DNA of 64,000 nucleotides from Dicyema japonicum (Eukaryota; Animalia; Dicyemida). The DNA is taken from assembly GCA_011109175.1 (NCBI GenBank), contig RDEW01000033.1, positions 124,001-188,000 of the forward strand, in the 5' to 3' direction. Made by a program: the position numbers and the translations under genes. Position 1 is the first letter of the stretch; each line of letters begins with the position of its first letter. Below are positions 49,120-61,230 of the stretch, piece by piece. The notes under the pieces are model-generated. The model was not told the DNA's origin. It did no database searches and saw only the letters and a program-made list of their open reading frames with translations.

Positions 49120-51590
49120 GGAACTTTCCAGAAATCCAGCGTTCCGTGATTTTGGCGGCTCTTTCCTGGCTAGCCTCGATCTTCAAGATATTCGTCCAAG
49201 AGATGAGTGGGTCCTATATACCACAAGCATAAGAGATGCATGGTTCAATGAATTGTTTATATACAGTGCTCAAAATAGTATGCTTTTCGATCTTCCATAA
49301 GCCTGTGAGACATTTCAGAACATTAGTTTTCTTTTCGCATTTTGTAATTACGTTTTCAACATGGGGAGAGAATGACATGTGCATGTCAAAAGTCACCCCA
49401 AGGATCCTTTGGGATTTTCTGAAAGAAATAGCTTCAATGTTTGCCTTCGGTTCGACCGTCCGTCTTCTCAGTCTCTTGTCTGAAGTAAATAGGGCTGTGA
49501 CGGACTTCTCAATACTGGCAATTAGCCGATTCTTCGATAGCCATTCGTCAAAACGGTCCAGGTTTTCTTGCAATCTCGAAGTGGCAATCTGGATGTCCTG
49601 ATCGAGTGACGCAATGACGATGTCGTCGACATAAATTAAAATAATATCATTTTCGGAGTGGGAAGGTCCGCCATGAATGGGTTGAATAAAACGGGAGACA
49701 AAGAGGATTTATGGGGAACCCCATTATGGAGAAGCCGTGAAATAGACCTTGACTGGCTAATGAAGACGCGTCCCCTCCGACCACTAAGGAAGTTAGCTAG
49801 CCAGTGTTTGAGCTTTCCAGGGATTTTTGTTTGGTAAATTTTCCAAGTAAGAATCCTCCTTGACACAGAGTCGAAAACTTTGTGGACGTATATGGAGCAA
49901 AGTACAGTCTTCATGTGTCCCGGCCTGTGTGAGAAACCATATCGTATAAAGTTAGTCAATGCAAATAAGTGGGTCGAAGTAGACCTCTCCTTTTTAAAAA
50001 CCATGTTGAAATGACAAGTACGGTAGGAAATTTTTGATTTTCGCAAGAACCAGCCTTTCCAGAATTATCGGAACAGAATACAATAACGCGACCAGTCTGT
50101 ATGAAGCCGGTTCCTTCTTCACTTTTCGGGTTTCAAAATTGGACGTAGGTGGGCAGGCTTCCATAAAGTTGGAATATAATTTTTGTTAATAGAGTGATCG
50201 AATATCCTCGTTAATGCAGCGATTCCATAGTCTTCCAAATTCTTTAGGAGGATCATTGGGATATGATCCGGTCTGTTAGAATAGGCTGTTTTAATGGCTT
50301 TCAATGCATATCTCACGTCGTTTTCAGTGAAGTGAATCGTATTCGGTTCCTTTTCAATTTACTGAGATGTTTCGGGGTACATCCGACTTCTTAAGGTTTT
50401 ATGGGATATTTTCACATAATATTTTATTAGGTTGTTTAAGTCCTTTTCGGACGATTTTTCATCCTCTCTTGAGGCGTCTCGGATGGTCTTCCAAATTTCA
50501 GTAGTGGGTATATTTCTATTCAACGAGAACACATGCTTCCATCATGATTTTTGTGATATTACCTCTCTGTTTTTTAGTTCGTTATTCAAAGCCTTCAGTC
50601 TAAGCTTATCCTCAGTAGTTAATCGGCCAGACTTTTTGAGTTCGTTTCTTTCCTTGATTAATGCCGACCTGCCATATCCCCTGGTGTAGTTAAGGAGGTG
50701 TATAGTGATCTCGTATCCAAGATAGTGCGGTTTACATAAGCGACTGCTTTGTCCATGGAAGTAATGCCATCCAGATAAAAGTACTGCAGTAGGTTGTCAG
50801 TAAGTGTACGGTAAAGTCTCCAGTCTGCGCGTTTGTAGTTGAATTGTTTTGAGGACCTCTTTTAGTTGACGTTTCTCTCTTGATCTTCAAAAGGATCGCA
50901 TTATGGTCACTTCTTGAGTTGTAAGTGACTGACCAAGTCGATATTGCCGCCAGGCGGGAGAACAAAGCGTGATGTCTGAAGAAGTTAGTTGGTCTAACTT
51001 TCTGAAGGGGTTCTCGTATGTTTTGACGGGTCATTCATGACCGTGAAAGGTCTTGTCTGCGAGAGTAGTACTTTTCTTTTGAGTCGGACGGTTGACTTGC
51101 CAGCCATAGTGGGTGTTTGGCGTTGATATCCTCGCCAATGATCACGTTGTTCAAGGAAGTCAAAGTAGATAAATTGGGCATAGTGTAGTGCTTCGGGCAA
51201 GAATATTCTTCACCACTGAACTGATGTCCACACATTTAAGGTCTTTCCGATATAAAATGAGTAGGCCACCACCCCACTTTCTCTTCCGGACACTCTGTAT
51301 AGACTTGTATCCAGAAAACACCGGGGTAGGACTGTTTATAAGCAGTTTCGTCTCTTGTATCAAAGCCACGTCGATCTTCAGCTCCGCCATGAGAGAGCGC
51401 AGTTCTATTATTTTGCCCCTTACTCCATTGACATTTGTTGAAGAACTGTGGTCCATTTCTTGCGGTGGGAGTAGTCTAACTAGGTGAGCGCATCCTTATG
51501 CGAATACACGACACCCTGATAGCTGGGTCAAGTGTGTCTGCTCACGCCATAATGAAGATTGAGAAAACACGGGCAACCCACCTAGGCACT
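49120..51590 (-). mobile_element. Jockey-like LINE ORF2 (APE-RT) with structured leader, frameshifted
   Basis: TNVNGVRGK, LIQETKL, GGGLLI, EDINAKHPLW, SRSDHNAI, WKPAHLRPILKPEK, GVPHKSSLSPVLFN, IYVDDIV and ILGVTFD. Confidence 0.92.
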
Positions 51591-51599
51591 ATCAGACTA

Positions 51600-52530
51600 T
51601 TTTGTATGCTAAGTATGGTGTTGATGATGGTGGGCTAGTAAATGTGAAGGCGTTGATCGAATTACAATATAATAATTTGATGGAAAAAATCAACTTAAAA
51701 AAGGTCCTCTTCAGAGCATTGGACAACTCACATGTCGACCTTAAGTCGTCGACAATATGGCTAAAAATACGGTGATAACTCACCTCGATCAGAGGCGCTG
51801 TACACGTATATACAAGGCCGCAATATTTTTTGGGGTCGATTAACAAATACATATCCCCATTGTAAGTCAAGGAGCATGTCGGTTAATCATTTAGCCACTC
51901 GGTGTGGATCCATGCATAGCCATGACTATTTGTGGAGGCACATTGAGGTATTAAGGAGTCTTCATCTTCTACTATGCAATAAGTATGGTATTCGCCACAC
52001 CAGAAAGTTGTGGACTCATAAGATGTAATCTGTAGTAGAGAACACCAAGGTCCAAATTAAGGTAGACAGTGTTATCCGTACCTCGGTGCTAGTCAAGCAC
52101 AATAAACCGGACATTGTAGTACACGATAAGGAGTCTGCCCAGTCCTTATCATAGAGGTTGGTAATACGTCTCAAGACTGTTTGCAGATTGTGGAGGTGGA
52201 GAAAAAAAAGTATGAATTATTTGCAGACGAGATGTGGCCGATGTTTGGTTGCAAGGTCATCGTATTTCAATAGGAATTGCAACAAAGTACCACAAGGGGT
52301 AGATAGGGAGCTCCAGGCATATCTACAGTCCACTGTATTAAAACGGACCCTAGAAAGCCTGACACTGGAGTAGAGGAGGCAGAGCCCGGAGATGCCATAA
52401 GGGCAGTCGATTCAATTGTACAAGGCGCTCTCGGAGTTGTTTCAGCAACCAGAAACAAACCTGCCTGAAGAGACTGGCGAACAGCCAGGCGAGGAAGGTT
52501 GTTGATTATTAAATATTAACTTTTTTTGTT
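51600..52530 (+). mobile_element. RLE-type LINE 3' portion
   Basis: NSPRSEALY, VNHLATRCG, RHIEV, NKPDIVVHD, IEVGNTSQD, EKKKYELFA and YLQSTVLKRTLES. Confidence 0.85.
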
Positions 52531-52699
52531 GGTTAAATAAAGTGGCTTTTATAATTTTTACGCCATAATCAATTAATAACAAAACGTGTTTGATTAACTT
52601 TCATATTTAAAAACACTAAATCAATATAGTATTATGTTGAAAATGTCAAAATGAAAAAGAAAAAGGCTTACCAAGCATTTATGTGTCTATTTATTAATT

Positions 52700-52985
52700 T
52701 AATAACCATGAGAAAAAAGTTAAAGTAAACAACTAATTAAGTGTATCCAGTTTCCACTTCTACAGAGTTCAACCGGAATCAACATAATGGGTAAGACGTC
52801 CATTAAATGCAGTTGTGGAAACCCCTCCAGTGGAGTGGGGAAGAGCAAATGATCCTTTTTCGTGCCGGCCTGGCACTGGGCGTCACCTAGACAGGTGGAT
52901 CACATGACGCCACTCTAATAGGAAGAGAGAGGAGGAACAAGCAAGCAGAAACTTCAACCAGTTAGCCACGAAGCACCACATGGCG
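52700..52985 (-). mobile_element. SINE family B copy with intact pseudoknot core (52850-52911)
   Basis: Near-identical to 55494-55790. Confidence 0.88.
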
Positions 52986-53049
52986 CCACGAGGCGTGAGA
53001 TAATAGATGTGTCTATGAAAACTTAATTTGAAGAAGGATACGTTTATCT

Positions 53050-54310
53050 TTATTTTTGAAAAAAATATTCTACCCTCTCGTCTACGGATGTGGAGGATGG
53101 TATTTTTCGCCCAAAAGAATAATCAATCTTTTGGACAAAACAAGGAGGATGAAAATTAAGCTGGCTTTTGGAGGTACGCTTAGACTCGTACCTGTCGGCT
53201 TATCAAAGTGGATTCTGCAAAGGGAGATCAACGTGAGATGTTATGGTGCCACAAATGGAGAAGTGCGACTGTTCAAAAATTTAAAATAACGACAGCCATT
53301 CTGGGGATTGATTTGTCAAAGGAACAAGCTGCTGCAAATAATGGAGCATTTCTTGGAGGGCTCAACGATTAGGATGGTCAGGACACTCCCGACCGACACA
53401 AGTTTGATGATCAGGACTGGGAAAGCTTTATCGAGAACATTTGAAACGACAATTGGTATTCCTCAAGGAGATCCATTATCCCGATTTTGTTTATTATTTA
53501 TCTGGAGGCAGCTCTACGAGACTTAAATCCTCATATCGGAGAAGGAACGAGCATAAGAGCATATGTGGATGACGTAGACTTTACTTCGAATAACAAAGAA
53601 GAGTTAATTGCACTTTTGGAGAAAATGCCTGTTAAAATGGCTGAGTAGTCATCAAAAGTAACACAAACAAAACCGAAAATTACGGAGCTAAAAAAGTGAG
53701 GAAAGGAACCGAGGAGCACTGGCGTAGATTAAATAACTAGGATCCCTTTTCGTTTACTCCGAAGATATAACACGAAAAAAGACACTAACTAATGTCGCTT
53801 TCAACAAATGAAGAAGACCTGGGTTCTACACGAAAGGCTTGACTCAAGAACTCTAATGAGACTATACAATGTCCTAGTGAGGCCAATCTTATTATATAAT
53901 TCCAGTACATGGGCATGTACAAGGCAGGAACTCGAAAAGTTGAATTCTTTTCACAGAAATCATCTCCGAGCACTCCTTTCTTCCCCGGTGCTTTTTCAAA
54001 ATGCCTTCCGAAATCTTATACAAGAGAACAGGAACTGAGCCAATATCATGTGATATTAACTGATTCAAGATGGAGGCTGTTTGGGCACATACTACGCCAC
54101 GATATGGGACCTGCCAACATTGCAATAGAAGAGTATTTTAATCTTAGAGGCTTCGCGTTTCCGCGGTCGGTCGAGTACAACACTGCCGGTAATCCAAGAT
54201 GAAGATCTCAGAGGATTGGAAAGTGCCTTTAAAGATGAGGATGATCTAGATATGCTACGAACATGGCAATGGATCGAAAAAGATGGGCGATGTTAATTAC
54301 ATGTTTTCGT
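53050..54310 (+). mobile_element. RTE-like LINE RT and C-terminus
   Basis: GIPQGDPLS, AYVDDVDF, YLGSL, LYNVLVRPILLYNSSTW and RWRLFGHILR. Confidence 0.88.
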
Positions 54311-54659
54311 GTTGCACATGCTTTGTCATGGCATCGCATACGTGCCTTATAATAATATAAAATCGGTGATGTATGCTCTGCCATTCAAAGAAGAATTCAG
54401 TTTTGTTCTCTATGCAATAGTCGATTCATCAAAAAATTTAAAAGTGCTACTACAAAGGATAACTTTTAGAAGATATCTTTTTCAGAGTTATCGGATGTCC
54501 TCCAGATGGTGTACCACCTGTATAATTTTATATAGTTTGTTTGCTGTGGTGAAATACTATTTCGAAATTTACGACGCCGTATACAATTAGTTCTTTTGAA
54601 TGTTAGGGAATTATACAAACGTAATCAACACAACATTAAGAACAATAGTTTTAACTATT

Positions 54660-55090
54660 CTGTATTAGATCAGTCTTAATTATTACGATTTAAACTGATC
54701 CCGATGCGTTCCACTAAAATCCTCATCCTTTCCCGGTGCTCCTCCCTCGTGCCCACACAAGCTCGTACTGAACGGCTGACTGTATTTGCAGGGCTACTTT
54801 CCCGCATGCCGGAGTTTAGTTTTATGAGGGCCTCCAGAGTAGTCGGTCCGGTTCTGTGTATCCCACAAGTCCACCGCTCCGTAACTCTAAAAGCCTTTGT
54901 ACGTCCTAGATTTTCTTAGTATTCGTCCATGATAATGAAGGTCCCACGAAGCACACGCGTACAAGAAACATGGTTCAATGTATTGTTTGTAGATATTCGT
55001 AAAAACCGGGTGGGTACCGGTCTTCCATTTTCTAGATAATCAATTCAATACATTGATTTTCTTCTCGCACTTCAGAACAATGTTGCCACG
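54660..55090 (-). mobile_element. Jockey-like LINE 3' fragment with terminal stem-loop
   Basis: KCEKKINVL (cf. the 49214 ORF); end GATCAGT...ACTGATC. Confidence 0.72.
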
Positions 55091-55099
55091 TGTGGTGAC

Positions 55100-55490
55100 A
55101 AACATAAGTGCGTATCCAGAAGACGGATGAATTCTCTCCAGTATCGGACGAAGGCTTGCTTTAAAGAGATGCGAGCCCCGCGAAAGACTCTGGTTGAAGC
55201 AGTCCATTCGTAGAATGACTCTGTCTCCTACATTCACGATTCATCATTTTTCCATCTTTTTTTCTTTCGCATTTTTTCTGCAGCTACCAAAGTATGCCTT
55301 CGAGCAGAATCCCGTGTCAAAGATAAGTCTTCATCCTCAAACTTTAGTAATCTATTCAAACGTTCATCTGATATTTGTGGCGGATAATCCACTCCATTAA
55401 AAATCTTGAATGGAGCGTGTTTGCTGGTCTCGTAATTGGTAATATTGTAACTGTATCTCCCAGACTGCATTGATATTTTCCCTCTCTGTT
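55100..55490 (-). mobile_element. Ty3/gypsy-like integrase C-terminal fragment
   Basis: YSYNITNYETSKHAPFKIFNG and NVGDRVILR...PILERIHP fit the YN..H..T..TPF and VGD.V motifs of gypsy integrases. Confidence 0.55.
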
Positions 55491-55493
55491 ATC

Positions 55494-55800
55494 CGCCATG
55501 TGGTGCTTCCTGGCTAACTGGTTGAAGTTTCTGTTTGTTTGTTCCTCCTCTCTCTTCCTATTAGAGTGGCGTCATGTGATCCACCTGTCTAGGTGACGCC
55601 CAGTGCCAGCCGGCACAAAAAAGGATCATTTGCTCTTCTCCACTCCACTGGAGGGTTTTCCACAACTGCATGTAATGGACGTCTTTTACCTTTATGCTAA
55701 TTCCGGATGGACTCTGTTTCTGTAAAAGTGGAAACTGGATACACTTAATTAGTTGTTTACTTTAACTTCTTTCTCATTGTATCCGGGGTTGTTTAATTAA
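55494..55800 (+). mobile_element. SINE family B reference copy (pseudoknot core 55568-55628, tail stem 55737-55784)
   Basis: About seven related segments in the window. Confidence 0.88.
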
Positions 55801-55859
55801 TTAAAAATGTGGGAGCTGGATAGGCAGGAATAAGCCGATGCATATACATTGATAATCGA

Positions 55860-56225
55860 TAGAGTAGTATACGGCTGTTTCAGAGGAGTAGTTTGAGGAT
55901 GGCAACCCTGTCGTTGATACTCCATGCTCTATGAGCCACCACAGCTGCGTCCACGCGTATAGCGAACCCCATACCATAATGTCGGCAGTCTGACGGAAAC
56001 AGGAGCAGTCGATACCCGTTTATTGTTTCATCCAAGCAAATTGGGACTTTAGTCTCCTGGAGACAACATACAGATATTCCGTATCGTTGGAGGTGCTCCA
56101 ATAAGTGTTATCTTTTTACGTGGCTACCATGGCTTCCCAACTGAATGATCCAATAGAATATAAGGAAAATTGATTGCATGAAGAAGACATGTTGTGTAAA
56201 AGAGGCACATCACCACCTCAGCCAA
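55860..56225 (-). mobile_element. RTE-like LINE 5' fragment
   Basis: LQRYGISVCCLQETK...HYGMGFAI...INDRVA plus the 5' UTR motif. Confidence 0.82.
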
Positions 56226-56751
56226 TGTGTGATATATAGATATAACAAAAAATAAAGTGATTAAAATTAAAGGATATAACGTTTCCAAGCTTCACTACAT
56301 GGTTCTGTTTGTTGTAGGGAGACATAATAATCACAATCTATTAAAGAACCTCCATCAATATAGGAATCAACCCTATATCTGTCCCAAACATCACTACAAT
56401 ATTAATATTAATTCTTTAACTAATTATTATCACTTTTATGACTATCCTTTAATATTTCTATTTGTTGGGAATTTATAGTCTTTAATACATTATTTATTTT
56501 TACATTCATTTTTTGGGTAGCCAAATTATATATTTCATTAATCTTAACTTGAAATAAATCCCCAAAATCATAATCTTTTCGGAATTCTTTAATTACATCA
56601 ATGTATTCTATTAATTGTCTCATTTTTTTAATTTTCCGTTGTTTATTCCTTAATTATATTTTTATTTATACCTCAACATACCACACTATATTTTTAAAAT
56701 AATAATTACTTATTTTATAATTTATTTTTCTTAAATTTATTATAATTGGTA

Positions 56752-56990
56752 AAGTTTCTGTTTGTTCGTCTGTTATTCCTATTAGAGTGGCGCTCAGTGC
56801 CAGGCCGGCACGAAAAAGGATCATTTTCTTTCCCCCACTCCACTGGAGTGGTTTCCACAACTGCATGTATGGACGTCTTTTACCCTTTATGTTGATTTCG
56901 GTTGGATTCTGTAGAAGTGGAAACTGGATACACTTAATTAGTTGTTTACTTTAATTTCTTTTTCGGTGTATCCGGGGTTAATAAATAAAT
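56752..56990 (+). mobile_element. SINE family B copy with a deletion of most of the P1-P3 core
   Basis: GAGTGGCG-CTCAGTGCCAGGCCGGCACGAAAAAGGATCA...GTGTATCCGGGGTTAATAAATAAAT. Confidence 0.88.
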
Positions 56991-57119
56991 ATCAATTACG
57001 AAATTTCTCCGAAACCTGGATCCCGGATTTCCTCCAGGAGGCACCTAGGCGGAGATAATGAAAGGGATTCTTTCGGCAGCAAATGGGAGTATCGGAACCT
57101 GGTCCCCAGCACTGTTTAA

Positions 57120-57830
57120 AAATGTATACATCCAGATGTCTCCGCCCTCATTAAAGAACAGAAGGAACTAAGATTACAACTGGAAAATACGTCTGATCCG
57201 AACAGGAAACAAATCTTGAAGTATAGAATGTCCACCCAGAAAACCATGGTAACAATGAACAAGTTGAAGAAAGGGTGGATTGACAAACGACGATCCTGCA
57301 CATAACTTCGTTTGAGACTGTATGAAGCCTTTGTTAAGCCGATCCTAATAATGTACAATTCATCGACCTGGGGAACGTCCAAAACCGAACAACTTGGACT
57401 AGACTCTTTCCATCAAAGACAACTTAGATCCCTAATAGGACTGAACTGGCCAGCAAAAATAAACAAGGAATCGCTGTACAAGAGATGTTGCATGGGTCCA
57501 CTGAGTCTCGAAATTGCTGATATCCGCTGGAGGATATTTAAAGATATCTTGCGTATGGACTTGGGCGCTCTAGCAAACATAGCAATGGAGGATTACTTCG
57601 TGAGACAGGGACCGTGTTTTCGTAGACATCGGCATATTACACTACCAGAAACCTCTGACGGAGATCTAAAGCTCGTGAACAAACGTCTAAAAAGTGGGGA
57701 CGATCTAGACGAGCAGAAGAAACTGTCTTACGATCGAGGAGGTTAAAAGAGGTTAGTTCGGTGGATTCTTTTGAATGCTGCATGAGTGAAATTATAATTA
57801 TTATGATTAACGAATGTTGCTTATAATAAT
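57120..57830 (+). mobile_element. RTE-like LINE, linker joined to C-terminus (RT absent)
   Basis: RLYEAFVKPIL...YNSSTW...RWRIF..ILR followed by an ATT-rich tail. Confidence 0.8.
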
Positions 57831-57869
57831 ATAAATTCATTATTACTAGTCCAAGAGGGAAGGTCCTGA

Positions 57870-58740
57870 GATAAGAGACCTTCTGAAAAAACAAGACACA
57901 GGCATTTACCTACTTCAAGAAACAAGACTGTATGCCTCCACTCCCTCTCTTGTCTCTCCAGACTACAACATTATTCGACGTGACTGCCCTTCTGGCCGCG
58001 AAGTGGAGTCATCACAGGAAATCCCTTTCACGCAGAAAGCACATTTCTACTTCCCCATCCCGTTGAATACATCACAATTTTAATTTCAACCAACATTGAA
58101 TGCCTTACTATATTGAACCTCTATGTACCTCCTCCTGGTTCGTGCCACAAAGAATACAACTTCTCACTGCCAGACATCGTTCCACCCAATAACCTATTAG
58201 GATGTGGAGACCTGAACGCGAAACATCCCGATGTGGTTCAAAAACTAACCGGAAGACGCAAGAGGAACCCACTTACGGTGAATCAACTTGTGATATTAAA
58301 CAATACCATATTCAATACAAGAAACCCTTACAGAGCAAACGACAATACGTCCTCCCCCGATCTGACGCTTTCTTCCCCAAAAGTTACCCCCTAATCAATT
58401 GGTCAGTGTCATATGACACTACCAATGACTATAACCCCATCATCACGTTCAAAGGAAGATTGTCTTTTGAAAGGAAGCATCACGTTCAATGTTACAACCA
58501 GACTACAAAAATGTCAACTGGAGTTTGTTTGTACACTTCTTTGACTATGATTTGTAGGTTTTGACCCTAACAACTTCAACTCTCTCGATAACGCTTTACT
58601 CTACTTCAATGGTGCACTGCGTGAGGCCACGAAAACTTTTATCAAAAGAAAGCCAACCCACTTAACGAAAAAGTCTTCCAGCGCATTCGACTCACGAAAG
58701 TAAAAAATTGCTTAAAAAGCCTACATGAACAATCTTGGGA
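57870..58740 (+). mobile_element. Jockey-like APE fragment
   Basis: QETRL, NLYVPP, GCGDLNAKHP and SSPDLTL. Confidence 0.75.
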
Positions 58741-58788
58741 AACCAGAGCGAGGATTCGAACTTAAAATTAAATTAAACTTAATTCCAA

Positions 58789-58915
58789 AGACTACTGTTA
58801 AACCGTAAAAAACTAAACTAAGTGATCTCGACAAATTGGATCAAGGCTCTCATCTTTGCTCGATGTTGATCCCTTGAGCCTTCACAAGTTCGTTGCGGGC
58901 GAGCACTTCCTTTTT
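58789..58915 (-). mobile_element. Jockey-like 3' stub with degenerate terminal stem-loop
   Basis: Minus strand TTGTCGAGATCACTTAG...AGTAGTCT. Confidence 0.5.
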
Positions 58916-58916
58916 G

Positions 58917-59158
58917 GCAGTTAATTTTAACTAATCGTAGAACCAAGGAATGATCTTCACTTCTTTTTTTCTTTTTCTTGTGTGTGGGTCCTTTCTAGAC
59001 AATCCAGTTCCGCAGTGAGTATTCACTGATGACGGCGTCACTCGTTAAACCATTTCTGCATCGTAGATGCGTGAACCTTCCACCAGGTGAACAGCAGCGA
59101 GATTCGAACCCGTATCCTAAGCCACTTAAGCCGACACCTAACCACTAAGCCACCAGTC
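58917..59158 (-). mobile_element. SINE family A, copy 5 (most complete head)
   Basis: TGGCTTAGTGG A box, GGTTCGAATC B box, core hairpins and tail. Confidence 0.9.
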
Positions 59159-59159
59159 A

Positions 59160-59400
59160 TTACTAATGAAGGAAAGAATTGCAACAAAGTACTACAAGGG
59201 TTACCTAAGACAGTTAGGAGTAGATAAGAATCTCCAGGCCTACCTATAGTTCACTATTTTAAAATGAACCCTAAAAAAGCTTATACCGGAGTACAAGAGG
59301 AAGAGCCCAGAAATGCAATATGAGTAGACAGACCGAAGCAATTCTAGCAGCAACCGAATCAAACCTGCCTGAAAAGAAGATGTTATCTAATTGTTAAAAT
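59160..59400 (+). mobile_element. RLE-type LINE 3' stub
   Basis: Similar to 52270-52480 (AAAGTAC.ACAAGGG...CTCCAGGC...CAGCAACC...AAACCTGCCTGAA). Confidence 0.7.
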
Positions 59401-60749
59401 AGTAACAAATTGAATATGACGTCAGCAGAAACGCAGCAGCTCAAATGATCCAAAGAAAAGTATAATATTGGTAACTTAACGGAGACCGAATCAATTTTTA
59501 TGATTTACCGACCAATTATCCGTACCTTGCTGACAAATCATATTATTTAATCTCTCTATTAAAAGAAAAATTTACAAATTCTTTAACTTTGTATTATTTA
59601 TTAATAATATTTATAATTTATTTAATAATATAAATATCTTGTATATATTAGAATCATATAGTTTAAACCATACTATCATTTGATATATTGATTTTAATGA
59701 ATAATTTTCCATCTTATAAATAAATTTACAAAAATCAAGATTGGCTGTCTGATTGTGCTTGAGAGAGTTACTACTGGCGTATTTCGCTATTTAATTACTC
59801 TCGGGAAGGTCTGAGTATGTGGCTTTGTTGGGTTGAGAAACTTAATGCTTAGTGTATACGCTTTGACCAGAAATCATTTCAATTGTTGGTTTATTGAAAT
59901 AGGGCTGCCTGGTTGGGAAGTCAAATGAGCACAGCTTTGTATGTAACTCAATTCAGACTATTCCTGATAGCCTTTTTATTTATGAGTTATTTTTGGAATT
60001 GTTAAATCTTCTTATGAACAGAGTTTCCTTCCGAGATTTCCTCGCTGTTATTTCCTTTTGAATTACATTCGAAGATCTTTTTCTCAATTTCATTAAAAAT
60101 ACTTCAATGTCTCGAGTCCTTCTGGAACGACACAATTGTTAAAAGGGATCTTCCTACTTTTCTCTTTGACCAAATATTCCGATGAAGATTGCATTATGAA
60201 AACTATTCCCAAAAGAATGAAGTGATTTCCGCCACGGTAAGACATGGACAAAAATGTAAGAATGCAGACTAACTTCCCCTCCTCTCTTTGGAAACGGAAG
60301 CCTGTAATGAAGTATTGGAAAATGGATTTGGTCGGCACAAGCAGATGTTCTCCCTTTTGTTCCTTCCTTGGATTAATTAGTTATGACTTTGTGCTGGGCT
60401 TACAATGGTAAGCCTGGGGTTAATAATAAGCACAAAAAGCTGCAGAGACAATTACTACCTTTGCAAAATATCCATGGATATCTTTACTGTTCCAATTTCG
60501 TGTTAAAATTCAAATTTACTTTCCACTTAGTTACCAGACTAGTATGAAACTAATAATCCGAAGAGCAAGTCTACAGTTTTCCAAAATTTAAATAAAAAAT
60601 TTGTTCCCGAGTCAATGCTTTTTTCACATTAATCCAAGCAAAATATAAGCAATTTCTTAATTCCCGATGAATACATTGATTGATCAAGGTCTGATCCTTA
60701 GCACCCTGACTCAACCTTCTCGTTCAAGTTGATTGTGAGAATTAAGTTC

Positions 60750-61230
60750 GTATGTTTCAACGAAATCACTCAAATTACGTCATCAATTTACATTAGTTCG
60801 ACATACAAGTGACTGGTCGTAAATATTTCGGAGATTTGCAGTACAACTTTTTTGGTATGAGGTATCCCAGTGTAAAACTATTCACCTGCGGTATATTCTC
60901 ACAATCTCCTTGCACAAATACTCATGCAATGCAACAGTACTATAATGCAAATGTACCCCTCGTGGTTAGATTAAAATTTTCACGCTTTCCAGATCCAATT
61001 TGTAAGAGTGAGCCATACCATCCACCATGGCTTTCAGAGCTTATAGCTTTGCGTTACTAGTTGAATACAATGTAATCTCCTGGAGATCATGCATTTCCCA
61101 AACCAGACATTCAACTGCATTCGTAAATTCAAAATCCATTCCAGTAGGAAGGCCCGTAGAATATGTTTCATTAAGCTCACTAGAAACTGACATGCACAAC
61201 ACAAATTTTATATAAATGCTCTTACGGAAT
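60750..61230 (-). mobile_element. RLE-type LINE RT N-terminal remnant
   Basis: SFTLGYLIPKK resembles YTGITYLIPKK in the 17950 ORF. Confidence 0.5.

Noticed and set aside
52975-53000. Calling family B an LTR with a primer-binding site
   Set aside because: Only TGGCG is shared between the two copies, there is no paired LTR or TSD, and the other end has an A-rich LINE-like tail. Kept only as an alternative hypothesis.
54309-54590. Possible MULE transposase scrap (MYALPF)
   Set aside because: One weak motif only.
59012-59050. CTGATGA on the antisense of SINE-A as a hammerhead core
   Set aside because: It is followed by TAAAC or CAAAC rather than GAAA, and no stems I or III are present.
59100-59158. 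tRNA gene calls for the A/B-box heads (also 10031, 12026, 15774, 20487, 41650)
   Set aside because: No complete cloverleaf or canonical anticodon loop; each runs into a repeat body, so they were treated as SINE heads.
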